Of a stretch of 64,000 bases of DNA, positions 41,376 to 51,459 are shown one piece after another. How positions within the stretch are numbered: position 1 is the first letter of the stretch; each line of letters starts with the position of its first letter. Below the pieces are notes generated by a model, which did not search any database, was not told where the DNA came from, and was given only the letters and a program-made list of their open reading frames with translations. Origin of the DNA: Candidatus Poribacteria bacterium (lineage in GTDB: Bacteria > Poribacteria > WGA-4E > PCPOR2b); NCBI GenBank assembly GCA_965215015.1, contig OZ244042.1, positions 4,320,001-4,384,000 on the forward strand, read 5' to 3'. Position numbers and translations under genes: made by a program.

Positions 41376-41527
41376 TAGGACTTACGCGGTTGAACCCTCA
41401 AAGCCTTGTAGTTCGGCGATTGATCGCCGCCGGACACCGTTGCCAACGCCCGATGAATCGGGCAACTACAGCAGAGGCTCCATAAGGCACACCGACTGGT
41501 GTGCCCTACTGAAGTACGTAACTCCTA
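41376..41527. mobile_element. MITE family A, copy 4
   Basis: TIRs TAGGACTTACG / CGTAACTCCTA; direct repeat TTGTAG on both flanks; internal GGCACACCGACTGGTGTGCCCTAC. Confidence 0.75.
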
Positions 41528-41765
41528 TTGTAGATTGTTATCGCTCAACCTGCAGAGAAGATCTCGATGATGTCAATCTGCCGTTTCGCAACTATCATGA
41601 GGCGTGAAACGTGATGAATCTTTCACGCCTCACTTTTCAGGTATGGCTGTGGTTATTATCTAGCTGCATAGGTTATGTGATAGCACAATATTTCTTTGTT
41701 AATATATTCAGTACCTTACCGCTATCCTTCCCTTGTTGCTTAAAGCCTTTCGCCGCGAGTGACGA

Positions 41766-42112
41766 GGGGGTCTAATCTTTTCACTATGGCACGCGCTTGT
41801 TGACGCGTATTGCTTACTGCGCTTCATGCTGGCCCGTCTGCGTGCTAGGCTAGGCAGACAAGATAACGTGCAGAGTTGGTAGACCTCCTCAAGGTTTTAG
41901 TGATAGGGTGCCACCCCCAGCAATACCGATAAAATTGTCGAAAATCCATTATAACTGATTAGGATTCCTCATGCTCCCAGATCGGGGGTGGAAGGAATGC
42001 ACTCGGCATGGGCATGGATTGCTCTTCCCGAACCTTCACGCTGCTTAAAAACAGGTGCTGTGAAGGTTCTTTCATGCAGCCTGAGGCTTCCGCAAGCTTA
42101 GGAAAGCCTTTT
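41766..42112 (+). ncRNA. Candidate structured non-coding RNA or leader upstream of metK (class and strand unconfirmed)
   Basis: Several complementary stems, a long-range closing stem and terminator-like hairpins; no long ORF. Confidence 0.35.
42084..42112 (+). terminator. Terminator-like hairpin 80 nt before metK
   Basis: AGGCTTCC..GGAAAGCCT followed by TTT. Confidence 0.5.
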
Positions 42113-42192
42113 CGATCACAATAACAGGTTAAATCTTAGTCCCAATTTATTTGCTTTTTCATGTATAATGGAATTTAATCAGGAGAAATCAA

Positions 42193-43347
42193 TTGGCTCA
42201 AAACTCTGTATTTACATCTGAATCCGTAACTGAAGGACATCCCGATAAGCTTGCAGATCAGATCTCTGATGCCGTGCTTGATGCGGTCCTAGCAGAAGAT
42301 CCAATGGGGCGCGTCGCATGTGAAACGTTGGTAACAACAGGGCTCGCGCTTATCACCGGTGAAATTACGACCTCCGCCAATTTCATTGATATTCCCGCGC
42401 TAGTCCGTCACACGATCCGACAGGTTGGTTATGTTAAGGCAACTTATGGGTTTGACTATGAACACTGCGCTCTGTTGACTGCGATTGATGAGCAATCAGC
42501 TGATATTGCAATGGGAGTGGATCGGCTCGGCGCCGGTGATCAAGGAATGATGTTTGGCTATGCTTGCCGTGAGACGCCGGAGCTAATGCCGATGCCGATT
42601 ATATTAGCGCATAAACTGACGCGCCGGTTAGCACAAGTACGGAAAGGGGGTATATTGGACTTCCTGCGCCCTGATGGAAAATCGCAGGTCACTGTTGAAT
42701 ACGCCGATGGACAACCTGTCGGCATCGACACCGTCGTGATTTCGACTCAACATGCTCCGGAGGTTACCAATGAGGAGTTGAAAGAAGCAGTCATCGAAGA
42801 AATTATCAAACCTACCCTCCCTGAAGAGCTGCATCAAAATCAATCTGAGATTACCTACCATGTCAATCCAACGGGGCGTTTTGTCGCTGGTGGGCCACAA
42901 GGCGATTGTGGATTAACAGGGCGAAAGATTATTGCTGATACTTACGGGGGCATGGGTAGACATGGTGGCGGGGCATTCTCCGGCAAAGATCCGACGAAAG
43001 TAGATCGGAGCGCGGCGTATGCAGCGAGGCATGTTGCAAAAAATATCGTTGCTGCCGGATTGGCGAATCGATGTGAGGTCCAACTCTCTTATGCTATCGG
43101 TATCGCTAAACCGGTTTCGATCATGCTGGAGACCTTCGGCACAGGTACAATCCCCGATGAAAAGCTGACGCAGCTTGTGAAGAAGCATTTCGATCTGAGC
43201 CCAGCTGCAATCATCGAACGCCTTGAGCTCCGGAAACCTATTTACTCGGCAACAGCGGCTTATGGACATTTCGGGCGTGAAGAGCCGGGCTTCACATGGG
43301 AATTGACGGACTATGCAGATTTGCTGAAAGCGGAAGCAGGTGTGTAG
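42193..43347 (+). CDS. metK: S-adenosylmethionine synthetase
   Basis: [19 protein letters not shown] and [16 protein letters not shown] motifs; TTG start with AGGAG RBS. Confidence 0.97.
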   Translation: MAQNSVFTSESVTEGHPDKLADQISDAVLDAVLAEDPMGRVACETLVTTGLALITGEITTSANFIDIPALVRHTIRQVGYVKATYGFDYEHCALLTAIDEQSADIAMGVDRLGAGDQGMMFGYACRETPELMPMPIILAHKLTRRLAQVRKGGILDFLRPDGKSQVTVEYADGQPVGIDTVVISTQHAPEVTNEELKEAVIEEIIKPTLPEELHQNQSEITYHVNPTGRFVAGGPQGDCGLTGRKIIADTYGGMGRHGGGAFSGKDPTKVDRSAAYAARHVAKNIVAAGLANRCEVQLSYAIGIAKPVSIMLETFGTGTIPDEKLTQLVKKHFDLSPAAIIERLELRKPIYSATAAYGHFGREEPGFTWELTDYADLLKAEAGV

Positions 43348-43358
43348 GAGGAGAAGCG

Positions 43359-44621
43359 ATGAATTACGACATCAAAGACCGAGAAATTGCAGACGACGGA
43401 AAACGGCGAATTGACTGGGCAGACCGTTTCATGCCTGTCCTGCGTCTGATTCGCCAACGATTTGAGCAGGAGCGTCCACTAGAGGGAGTACAGATTTCTG
43501 CCTGTTTACATGTCACAACAGAAACAGCAAACTTAGTTCGAGCACTGAAAGCCGGTGGTGCCGAAGTGCTTTTGTGTGCCTCTAACCCGCTGAGTACGCA
43601 GGATGATGTTGCTGCATCGCTTGTAGTACACGATGGCATACCCATTTTCGCAATCAAGGGGGAAGACACCGAAACCTATTACCAACATATTGATGAAGCG
43701 GTCAACTTCAAGCCGGCGATTACTATGGACGACGGAGCGGATTTGGTCTCTCGACTTCACGCTGAGGATGCCAACCCTTCTTACGTTGAAAATGTGCTTG
43801 CTGGAACGGAGGAGACGACGACGGGGGTTATCCGCCTCAAGAGTATGGCAGCCGAAGGCGTCTTGAGGTATCCAATCATTGCTGTAAACGACGCTAAAAC
43901 TAAGCATTTCTTTGATAATCGTTACGGGACTGGACAAAGCACACTGGATGGGATTATTCGCGCAACGAATTTGCTTTTCGCTGGTACTACCGTCGCTGTC
44001 GCGGGCTACGGTTGGTGTGGCCGCGGTTTTGCCGATCGGGCCCGCGGATTAGGGGCGAATGTTATCGTTACGGAGGTTGATCCGTTGAACGCGTTGGAAG
44101 CGGTGATGGACGGTTTCCGCGTTTTGCCGATGATTCAGGCTGTCGCCGAAGCCGATCTTGTTGTTACGCTGACGGGTAATATCCATGTGTTACGCCGCGA
44201 GCACTTTGAAGCGATGAAGGACGGCGCGATTATTTGTAATTCGGGGCATTTTAATGTCGAAATTAACATCCCTGATCTCAAAGATTTAAGCACTGAGGTG
44301 AGAACAACGCGAGAGTTGGTCGAGGAATACTCCCTCAAGGATGGGCGCAAGCTTTACCTGCTCGGTGAAGGTAGGCTTATAAATCTCGCTTCAGCGGAGG
44401 GGCACCCCGCCAGCGTCATGGATATGAGTTTTGCAAATCAGGCGTTGGCCGCGGAGTACGTTGTTAAGAATCATGATCGGATGGAAAACCTTGTGTATGA
44501 CGTGCCGGAAGAGCTGGATGATTCTATCGCAGAGTTGAAGCTACAAGCCCTCGGCGTTGCAATCGATGAATTGACGGAAGAACAGCAGACCTATCTCAAT
44601 TCTTGGACGATGGGGACTTAA
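43359..44621 (+). CDS. ahcY: Adenosylhomocysteinase
   Basis: [33 protein letters not shown] and [11 protein letters not shown] motifs. Confidence 0.97.
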   Translation: MNYDIKDREIADDGKRRIDWADRFMPVLRLIRQRFEQERPLEGVQISACLHVTTETANLVRALKAGGAEVLLCASNPLSTQDDVAASLVVHDGIPIFAIKGEDTETYYQHIDEAVNFKPAITMDDGADLVSRLHAEDANPSYVENVLAGTEETTTGVIRLKSMAAEGVLRYPIIAVNDAKTKHFFDNRYGTGQSTLDGIIRATNLLFAGTTVAVAGYGWCGRGFADRARGLGANVIVTEVDPLNALEAVMDGFRVLPMIQAVAEADLVVTLTGNIHVLRREHFEAMKDGAIICNSGHFNVEINIPDLKDLSTEVRTTRELVEEYSLKDGRKLYLLGEGRLINLASAEGHPASVMDMSFANQALAAEYVVKNHDRMENLVYDVPEELDDSIAELKLQALGVAIDELTEEQQTYLNSWTMGT

Positions 44622-44638
44622 TGCGAGGGGACTGACTT

Positions 44639-44875
44639 ATGAAAAATTCGGATCTCTGGGAAAATATCATTTTGCTCTTGTCAGCGATTTTACTCGTACC
44701 AATCTGGATGTTCGCATCCAATCAACACACATTATCTGATGGAACCCTCAAACTTTTCCAGATACTGCAATTTGTGTTAGTGGTCGTCCTTGTCACTATC
44801 TTGGTTCGGCGTGCTCGGCGTGTCATCACAGCACTGCGTGAAAATAAAAACCGTCAGGGACCCTTTCCTTTCTAA
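44639..44875 (+). CDS. Small two-TM membrane protein
   Basis: 78 aa, two hydrophobic segments, GAGG RBS, lies between ahcY and the kinase. Confidence 0.7.
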   Translation: MKNSDLWENIILLLSAILLVPIWMFASNQHTLSDGTLKLFQILQFVLVVVLVTILVRRARRVITALRENKNRQGPFPF

Positions 44876-44928
44876 ACCCACTTTCACATGCTATCTCGGT
44901 TCTTATCAGATGTAGTTGCGAGGTTGAT

Positions 44929-45834
44929 ATGAGTATTTTAGTCGTCGGATCCGTCGGCTTGGATGATGTTAAAACGCACGCTGGCAAAGCTGAAAATGTG
45001 CTTGGCGGTTCCGCTATCTACTTTTCGACTGCCGCGAGTTTCTTCTACAATTCTATCCGTTTGGTCGCTGTTGTCGGCGATGATTTTCCCCAAGAGCATC
45101 TTGATTTCCTCGGCGCGCGAGGGATCGCGCTCGAAGGGTTGGAGCAAATCCAAGGGGGCAAAACCTTCCGTTGGGGTGGGGACTACACCGGTGATCTCAA
45201 CGCTGCGACAACGCTTTTTACAGATCTGAATGTTTACGGCAACTTCGATCCAAAACTGCCGGAAACGTATAAAGACACCCCTTACGTTTTTTTAGCTAAC
45301 ATCAACCCTGAATTACAGCTGAATGTGCTTCGACAGGCGGCATCCCCAAAATTAATCGTGTGTGATACGATGAATCTCTGGATCAATAATAACCTTGATG
45401 CACTGATGCAAACGCTGAGAGAAGTAGACATCTTAATCCTAAATGATGGGGAAGCGCGTCTATTGACGGGAGAAAGCAACCTAATCCGTGCTGGGAAAAA
45501 GATTCTTACCTATGGGCCAGATCGCGTTGTTATCAAAAAAGGGGAACACGGGGCGATTACCCTGACCGATTCCACATTCTTTGCAGCACCCGCTTATCCG
45601 TTGGAATCGGTATCCGATCCAACCGGAGCAGGGGACAGTTTCGCCGGTGGATTTTTGGGGTGTCTTGCCTCTGTCGGAGAGACCTCCGAGGCGGCGATCC
45701 GCAAAGCGATTATCTACGGAACGGTTATCGCCTCTTTTAATGTTGAAGATTTCAGTTTAAACCGTCAACGTCGGCTTACCCGATCTGAGATTGAAGACCG
45801 CTATCGTCAATTATACCAAGCTGTCCTGTTTTGA
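44929..45834 (+). CDS. PfkB family kinase (probable adenosine/nucleoside kinase)
   Basis: VVGSV..D, GGSA, IKKGEHG and DPTGAGDSFAGG motifs; follows ahcY. Confidence 0.85.
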   Translation: MSILVVGSVGLDDVKTHAGKAENVLGGSAIYFSTAASFFYNSIRLVAVVGDDFPQEHLDFLGARGIALEGLEQIQGGKTFRWGGDYTGDLNAATTLFTDLNVYGNFDPKLPETYKDTPYVFLANINPELQLNVLRQAASPKLIVCDTMNLWINNNLDALMQTLREVDILILNDGEARLLTGESNLIRAGKKILTYGPDRVVIKKGEHGAITLTDSTFFAAPAYPLESVSDPTGAGDSFAGGFLGCLASVGETSEAAIRKAIIYGTVIASFNVEDFSLNRQRRLTRSEIEDRYRQLYQAVLF

Positions 45835-45920
45835 ATCCGCTACTTCTGCGTCATATTTCATTTGTAGTACACCTCTCCCGACATGATAAGATTTGATAAT
45901 AACAAGCAGCGATTTGACCG

Positions 45921-46952
45921 CTAACCCGCCCCTTTTACCATAAGTACCCACCACAGTTCCTTACCAACATCGTAGGTTCCCAAAGGATAGAGATAACCGC
46001 CCTCCGCATCAATTCGATACGAAATTAGCCGATCAGCAGACTGACCCGCACTAATCAGAAATTTACCATTCGGATCAATTCTGAAAGAGCGTGGGGTCTT
46101 TTCCGTGGGATAATAGCCGGTGGAAGTCAACGATCCGTCAGGATTAATGGCATAACCGGCAATGCTATCATGGCCACGATTCGCAGCGTACAGGAATTTC
46201 CCGGACGGATGCATTTCCAAACGGGCGCAGGAGCTGCTACCGTCGTAATTTTCGGGCAGCGTTGAGAGCGTTTGAAAAGCACGAAGCGTACCATTAGAGG
46301 GATTGAATTTATAAGCGGTCACGCTGCTGCCCTGTTCGTTGTCGGCATAGACAAAAGGCTTGCTCGGATGGAAGCAGATGTGACGAGGTCCATCCTCGCC
46401 GTCAGGGATAACTTGGGGTATCGCGTTGGGGGATAGGGTGCCAGCACTGGAATCAAACTGGAATTGAAAGATTGAATTGGTAGGACATGTGTGGGATACG
46501 AATACAGATCTGTTTGATGGATCGATAGCGACTCCGTGTGCATGTTCGCCGGTCAAGTGTGTGTCGCTCGGTTTGCTTTGAAGTGCCCCATCGTTCCGAA
46601 GAGGGTAAACCGTTACCTTACCGGGGACATAGTAGGGGATTATCAAAAAGTCGCCCGTCTTATCTATCTCAAGGTAGGCTGGGTCCTCCAACCCTGTCAC
46701 CGTTGTGTCTATCAGTTCAATTTGACCTGTGCTTCGGTTAACCCGGAAACTGATAATGTCTCCGGTGGCTCGAATTGCAGCGTAGAGAACATCCCGCATC
46801 GGATGGATGGTGAGTATACTAGGGGAGCTATAGACTGCGACCTCCCCGTGGGGTGTAAGTACCGCCGTTTCGGACGACATCTTGAAGATGGAAATTTTGT
46901 TCTCACCTGCGATGGAAATGTATACATAGAGGTTTGATTGTGTTGAACTCAT
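45921..46952 (-). CDS. Lactonase family beta-propeller (6-phosphogluconolactonase-like)
   Basis: HAH, GPRHICFHP, ANRGHDSIA and TPRSF motifs. Confidence 0.85.
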   Translation of the reverse strand: MSSTQSNLYVYISIAGENKISIFKMSSETAVLTPHGEVAVYSSPSILTIHPMRDVLYAAIRATGDIISFRVNRSTGQIELIDTTVTGLEDPAYLEIDKTGDFLIIPYYVPGKVTVYPLRNDGALQSKPSDTHLTGEHAHGVAIDPSNRSVFVSHTCPTNSIFQFQFDSSAGTLSPNAIPQVIPDGEDGPRHICFHPSKPFVYADNEQGSSVTAYKFNPSNGTLRAFQTLSTLPENYDGSSSCARLEMHPSGKFLYAANRGHDSIAGYAINPDGSLTSTGYYPTEKTPRSFRIDPNGKFLISAGQSADRLISYRIDAEGGYLYPLGTYDVGKELWWVLMVKGAG

Positions 46953-47080
46953 GGTGCTCCTCGCTGATTCAGAAATGTGTTGCCTTGGCAAGTTGATATA
47001 GTGATAATCTAGAGGTTGGTATTAAAAGAAAACGCAATGAGTAAACAGGGGCTTTTCTCTGAATTTAACGCAAAGACGTC

Positions 47081-47400
47081 CCCCCTTACCCCCCGCTTGC
47101 GGGGGGGAGGGGCAAGTGGGGAGAGGGGGCGCAAGTCCCGATTCGGTTGCCCTCCCAAGGGAAGGCTTACCGCATCATGGATCCACGATTTCATCGGGAG
47201 AAGGACGCAGAAACGACCCCCTCCCCTGACGAAGAGGAAAACGGAAAGCCGGTTCTCTCGCTTTCTCGTTTTCTTTTTTTTGCGTTCTCCTTCCCCCTGC
47301 TAAATACCCGGTGGGTTGTCCGTCAGTTCCTGGCTCATTGAGCCTACCCCCCTCAATCCCCCCGCAAGCAGGGGGAAGAGATACCGTGTGGGTATTCGGG
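47081..47400. repeat. Cluster of GC-rich intergenic repeats
   Basis: CCCCCCGCTTGCGGGGGGAGGGG (47081-47111), CCCCCCGCAAGCAGGGGG (47347-47377) and a segment shared with 20712-20752. Confidence 0.55.
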
Positions 47401-47459
47401 ACTGAGGGGGGTGCATCCCTGCGTTTTATTAAAAGCTAATATTGACTTCGGAGGATACA

Positions 47460-48500
47460 ATGAAAGCCGCACGATTTTATGGTGGAAAAGATATACGACT
47501 TGAGACGCTACCCGATCCGGTGCCAGGGCCGGGCGATGTCTTGGTTCAGGTGCAAGCGACGGGTATCTGCGGTAGTGATCTGCACGGCTACCACTCAGAA
47601 AAGCCGAGGCCGCTTTCACCTCGAATTGCAGGACATGAATTGACGGGTCAAGCAGTCGCCCTCGGAGCGGGGGTTGTAGAACACAAGGTAGGTGCTCGCG
47701 TTGCCATTGAGCCGACCATTCCCTGTAACGAGTGTCCAGAATGTCTCAGCGGCAACTATAACATCTGTTCCAAATTGGTGCATATCGGTGGTACGGCCCG
47801 CGGCGGTGGGTTCGCCGAATACATGCTGGCTCCTGAGGGTAACGTTTATCCCCTCCCGGATAGTGTCTCGTTTGAAGCTGGGGCACTGGCTGAGGTTTAC
47901 GCAGTGGCTGTCCATGCATTGTCGATGGTTCCGGTGAGCCCCGGCGATCGAGTCGCCGTGATCGGGAGTGGACCGATCGGACTGACTATCGCTCAGATGG
48001 CAGATTTGGCTGGTGCCGAATCGGTTGCCATTTTGGGTAAGCCTGATGCTCCTTTGCAAATCGCGCAACAGATGATTGGTGCGATTCCGATAAATATTGA
48101 TAAAACCGATGCAGTGGAAGAGGTGAAGACGTGGAGCAACGGCAAGGGTGCGACCGTTGTTTTTGAAGCAGTAGGTGGACGGTCAAACACACTGATGCAG
48201 GCAACTGAAATTGCTGCCAAGCGCGGAAAAATCTGCATGGTCGGCGGTCATGTGGCTCCCTTCATGCTGGACGTCCGCTACGCTCGCAGCCGTGAGTTGA
48301 CGATTACGTGGGCCTTCTGTTATGGACGGCGTGAAGGGGAAAAGGAGTTTCAGATTGCCGTGAATTTGATGGGAGCCGGCAAACTTGACCCTAGCCCGTT
48401 GATTACCCATCGTTTCCCTTTGGACGAAATTAGGGAAGCGTTTGCTGTCGCCGACGGGCGAGAGATACACGGTTCAGTGAAGGTGCTAGTGCTGCCGTAA
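47460..48500 (+). CDS. Zinc-dependent alcohol/sugar dehydrogenase (MDR family)
   Basis: GICGSDLH, GHE, CNECPEC....NIC and IGSGPIG motifs. Confidence 0.9.
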   Translation: MKAARFYGGKDIRLETLPDPVPGPGDVLVQVQATGICGSDLHGYHSEKPRPLSPRIAGHELTGQAVALGAGVVEHKVGARVAIEPTIPCNECPECLSGNYNICSKLVHIGGTARGGGFAEYMLAPEGNVYPLPDSVSFEAGALAEVYAVAVHALSMVPVSPGDRVAVIGSGPIGLTIAQMADLAGAESVAILGKPDAPLQIAQQMIGAIPINIDKTDAVEEVKTWSNGKGATVVFEAVGGRSNTLMQATEIAAKRGKICMVGGHVAPFMLDVRYARSRELTITWAFCYGRREGEKEFQIAVNLMGAGKLDPSPLITHRFPLDEIREAFAVADGREIHGSVKVLVLP

Positions 48501-48550
48501 GGCAACCTATATGGCTTTAGATAGCAACTCAGGTTGTACTATTTATTTAA

Positions 48551-49381
48551 TTACAGTCGAACCGCTGATCCTTCTGCTCCGACTAACTCCGCTGTTTGTA
48601 ATAACCACCCACGCTCGGCAGCGTTTACAACAATCAAAGTCAGTGTTATTTCATACCTCCCCGGGCCCGTGATGATTCTTGACACATCTATCTCCTCTGT
48701 GATGGTCATCTTTTCAATAGGCTGTACCTCTCCAATCGCTTCTTCTTCGACAAGCAGGGTACCATTGACCTCAACGCTCAAAAACGCACCGGTCTTAGCT
48801 TCAGCCTGAAGGATTTTATATCGCAGTGTCACCGGCTGATGCAAAATTTGTGTGATACTGGCCTGATATTTCAATACAAGCGTTTCGCCTTGACCCGCCC
48901 AATAGGTATCAGAATCTATTAAGAGCGATTGTGGGGCAACGATTTTAACCGTGATGGAGTGTTCAACCATTGCAAATCCGTCGGTCAGTGCTAGCGTGAT
49001 GGTAGGTGTGCCGGTCGCATTCGACGCAACGTAGGTTACGGTTGATGTGTCCCCAATAATCTGCCCGCTGCTTGCCTCCCATCTGAAGATTAAATCCGCC
49101 TCATCTCCCGAATAGTTGAACGTTGCAGTAACCGTTGTAGTGCCACCCGGGTCTAATGTTTGACTTGTCAGGCTTAGTTCGCTAATTTCTACAGTATGCC
49201 GTATCCGAGGAGTTAGTGTTTCATCGTCGCTGCAGCCGATTAGCATCAGGACAGAAATGCACAGTAGCAAAAGGCGGATTGACCTTTTGAATGACTTAAA
49301 ACACTTCAGCAGTCTCAGCCGGTGTTGTAAGAGTCTCTTTCTGCAAAATATTATTTCGGAATAGATATCTTCGATTTTCAT
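48551..49381 (-). CDS. Lipoprotein with Ig/PKD-like beta domains (start uncertain)
   Basis: Lipobox LIGC; FRWEASSG..G....VTY.A..TITL.LTDG. Confidence 0.6.
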   Translation of the reverse strand: MKIEDIYSEIIFCRKRLLQHRLRLLKCFKSFKRSIRLLLLCISVLMLIGCSDDETLTPRIRHTVEISELSLTSQTLDPGGTTTVTATFNYSGDEADLIFRWEASSGQIIGDTSTVTYVASNATGTPTITLALTDGFAMVEHSITVKIVAPQSLLIDSDTYWAGQGETLVLKYQASITQILHQPVTLRYKILQAEAKTGAFLSVEVNGTLLVEEEAIGEVQPIEKMTITEEIDVSRIITGPGRYEITLTLIVVNAAERGWLLQTAELVGAEGSAVRL

Positions 49382-49631
49382 ACCATTCGATCCGCCACCG
49401 ATCAAACCCACGCTCAAACTCAATGACACGCTCCGGTGGACCGAGTTTGGCATGGAGTGCTTCGACAGTCTGTTGATCGCGTTTAACGAGGTACTTCGTC
49501 AAAATCGCAACGCCCCCTAAAATTGCCACGAGTACTAGCTTACCTTGTGTTTTCACACTAATGCTGTGGGCGGTTGAAATGGGGCTCAGTAATAAAACAA
49601 CTACCACTAAATAGCAGGCAAGTTTTTTCAT
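49296..49631 (-). CDS. Small membrane or exported hypothetical protein
   Basis: MKKLACYLVVVVLLLS signal, second TM segment, LG.P...F..WYEN; starts 11 nt after the Rieske gene. Confidence 0.6.
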   Translation of the reverse strand: MKKLACYLVVVVLLLSPISTAHSISVKTQGKLVLVAILGGVAILTKYLVKRDQQTVEALHAKLGPPERVIEFERGFDRWRIEWYENRRYLFRNNILQKETLTTPAETAEVF

Positions 49632-49641
49632 GGCAGCATCT

Positions 49642-51390
49642 CTACTGTTCATAAAGATCAACCGCTGTTTCTCCCCGCGCGAATCGCAGTGCTGTTCTCG
49701 CGGCGGAATCGCTATTGGTGTTTTGACGCACATCGGTTGTCCAACGTGCCAACCCAACGAGCAGCTGATTTCGAGCAGGATGTCCTTGGCACAGTTGCCA
49801 CTCGTCAAAAGTGGTCCGCAATGTGTTGAGGATATCCCAACCGTTATCGTCCTTGAGGATGCATTGTCCCAGTTCGGACAATAGGCGATCGGCGGAGAAG
49901 TCATGGTTGAGATATTGTCGCGTAATCCGCCCGACCTCCTGAATCTGAACCGTTTCAATGGTGTTGATGACCTGCTCAATTGCAGCGTCTTCATCTGGTG
50001 CGGCTGATGCAGTTGTGCCTCTCGGTGTGCTGAGCGGCATCTGCCTGATGTTGAGCCAACGGTCGCTGAAAAATTGCCACGCTACGTGGTAGAGGGCCTT
50101 GGCGGCAACCTGAAAACTAGCGAATCGCAACGCCGTACGGAGGGACGAGGCGAGGGAAATCTCTCGTCCCAATTCCCACCATCCCGGACTCATGCTTGCT
50201 GGGGTGCGTGCCATCCGATCTGCCCCCAAAAGCACCATCGTCGAAACAAGACGGTCCATCTCGACGCCGCTTTTCAGTGCGTTGGTGATTGTATCGAATG
50301 TGTCGTCGAGGTCACCGCTGACAAGACCTGCGACAAATGCATCCTCGTCAAAATCGGTTGTTTGGGGGGGGCGATTGGAGGCTAAATCGGCGATAAAATC
50401 CTCTAGCGATTCCAGCTTGCTGATTGCCTCCCGCCGGATTTCGTCCGGGGCGCCACGCCCCCGCCCAAGTATTTTCGCCGTGAGATTGCAAACCAACTCT
50501 TCAGCGACTTCCCAACCGAACTGTTCAAGTAATTCGGCGAGATAACCGATATAGAGTAGACTGTCGTTATGTCCCAAGAAGAACGGCTCGACAACGCACT
50601 CATATGCCAATGGGATAATTTTATCGTCGTGCCCACCGAGGCGTCGTGCAGTGATGAGGCACTTTTCGATGCCCTCCCACTCTCGGTCAGCAGAGAATAC
50701 ACGAATCCATTGCTCCAATTTCTCCCACGTAATCGCTCCCGGCAAGGGGGTAACAGCCGGGCGATCGCCTGCCCGTCCTGATGCTCCCGACGCTGCCATC
50801 ATCAGCGGGATGAGCCGGTCTTCCGGTTTATACTGACTGGCAACCTTCACACCGTTGAGCAGATACGCGAGTTGCCATCCCCCCTCTCCTGCATCAAGTT
50901 CGGTCGCAAAGTGTCGTCCCGCATGCCGCACCAGTCGATTCAGGACATCATCTTCGGAAACCCCTCTGGCTAGCATAATCGCAACCGCCTTTGAGAGCGT
51001 CCAATTATCGCTACTCAACAACCCCTCTTGAAGCAGGAGGAAGTGGGCATCGTCCCGTTTCTTTCCACCGCTGGCAGTGTCAATGTATATCTCGTCCCCA
51101 CGCACTTCGATTGGGAAGGTCGCTAAGTCATCGCAACCGCCGGTGAAACAGCCGCCGCCGCCCATGTCGTAGCTCCAGCCGTGCCAATCGCAGGTGAGCA
51201 CGCCGCCCCGGACGCGCCCGCGTGTTAGTGGATAGCCCATGTGAGGGCACTGATTATCGGTAGCATAGATGTTACCGTTGTGCTTAAATAGGGCGATGCT
51301 TTGCCCTTCAACTCTAACAGCCCTTGGTTTCCCTTCGGCAAGTTCGTCCAGATCAGCAACTTTAACAAAGTTGGATGATATGTTCAACAT
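49642..51390 (-). CDS. Rieske [2Fe-2S] domain protein with a large helical C-terminal region (paralog 2)
   Basis: CPHMGYPL..CDWHGW Rieske ligands; 582 aa. Confidence 0.85.
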   Translation of the reverse strand: MLNISSNFVKVADLDELAEGKPRAVRVEGQSIALFKHNGNIYATDNQCPHMGYPLTRGRVRGGVLTCDWHGWSYDMGGGGCFTGGCDDLATFPIEVRGDEIYIDTASGGKKRDDAHFLLLQEGLLSSDNWTLSKAVAIMLARGVSEDDVLNRLVRHAGRHFATELDAGEGGWQLAYLLNGVKVASQYKPEDRLIPLMMAASGASGRAGDRPAVTPLPGAITWEKLEQWIRVFSADREWEGIEKCLITARRLGGHDDKIIPLAYECVVEPFFLGHNDSLLYIGYLAELLEQFGWEVAEELVCNLTAKILGRGRGAPDEIRREAISKLESLEDFIADLASNRPPQTTDFDEDAFVAGLVSGDLDDTFDTITNALKSGVEMDRLVSTMVLLGADRMARTPASMSPGWWELGREISLASSLRTALRFASFQVAAKALYHVAWQFFSDRWLNIRQMPLSTPRGTTASAAPDEDAAIEQVINTIETVQIQEVGRITRQYLNHDFSADRLLSELGQCILKDDNGWDILNTLRTTFDEWQLCQGHPARNQLLVGLARWTTDVRQNTNSDSAARTALRFARGETAVDLYEQ

Positions 51391-51459
51391 GATTAGTCTC
51401 CCTTGTTGTTCTGTTTGAAGCGTTTTTCAAAAAGTTCCATGACCGTTTGACAGCTTGAC

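Noticed and set aside
41900-42010. Permuted (two-piece) tmRNA suggested by CACCCCCA..GGGGGTG
   Set aside because: No T-arm (GGTTCRA), no G3:U70 pair, ends in AGCA rather than ACCA, and no convincing tag reading frame
41766-42112. Canonical SAM-I riboswitch or SRP RNA
   Set aside because: Only scattered short matches (CTGGCCCG, GGGTGCCA, GGAAGGAA), not in the required order or spacing
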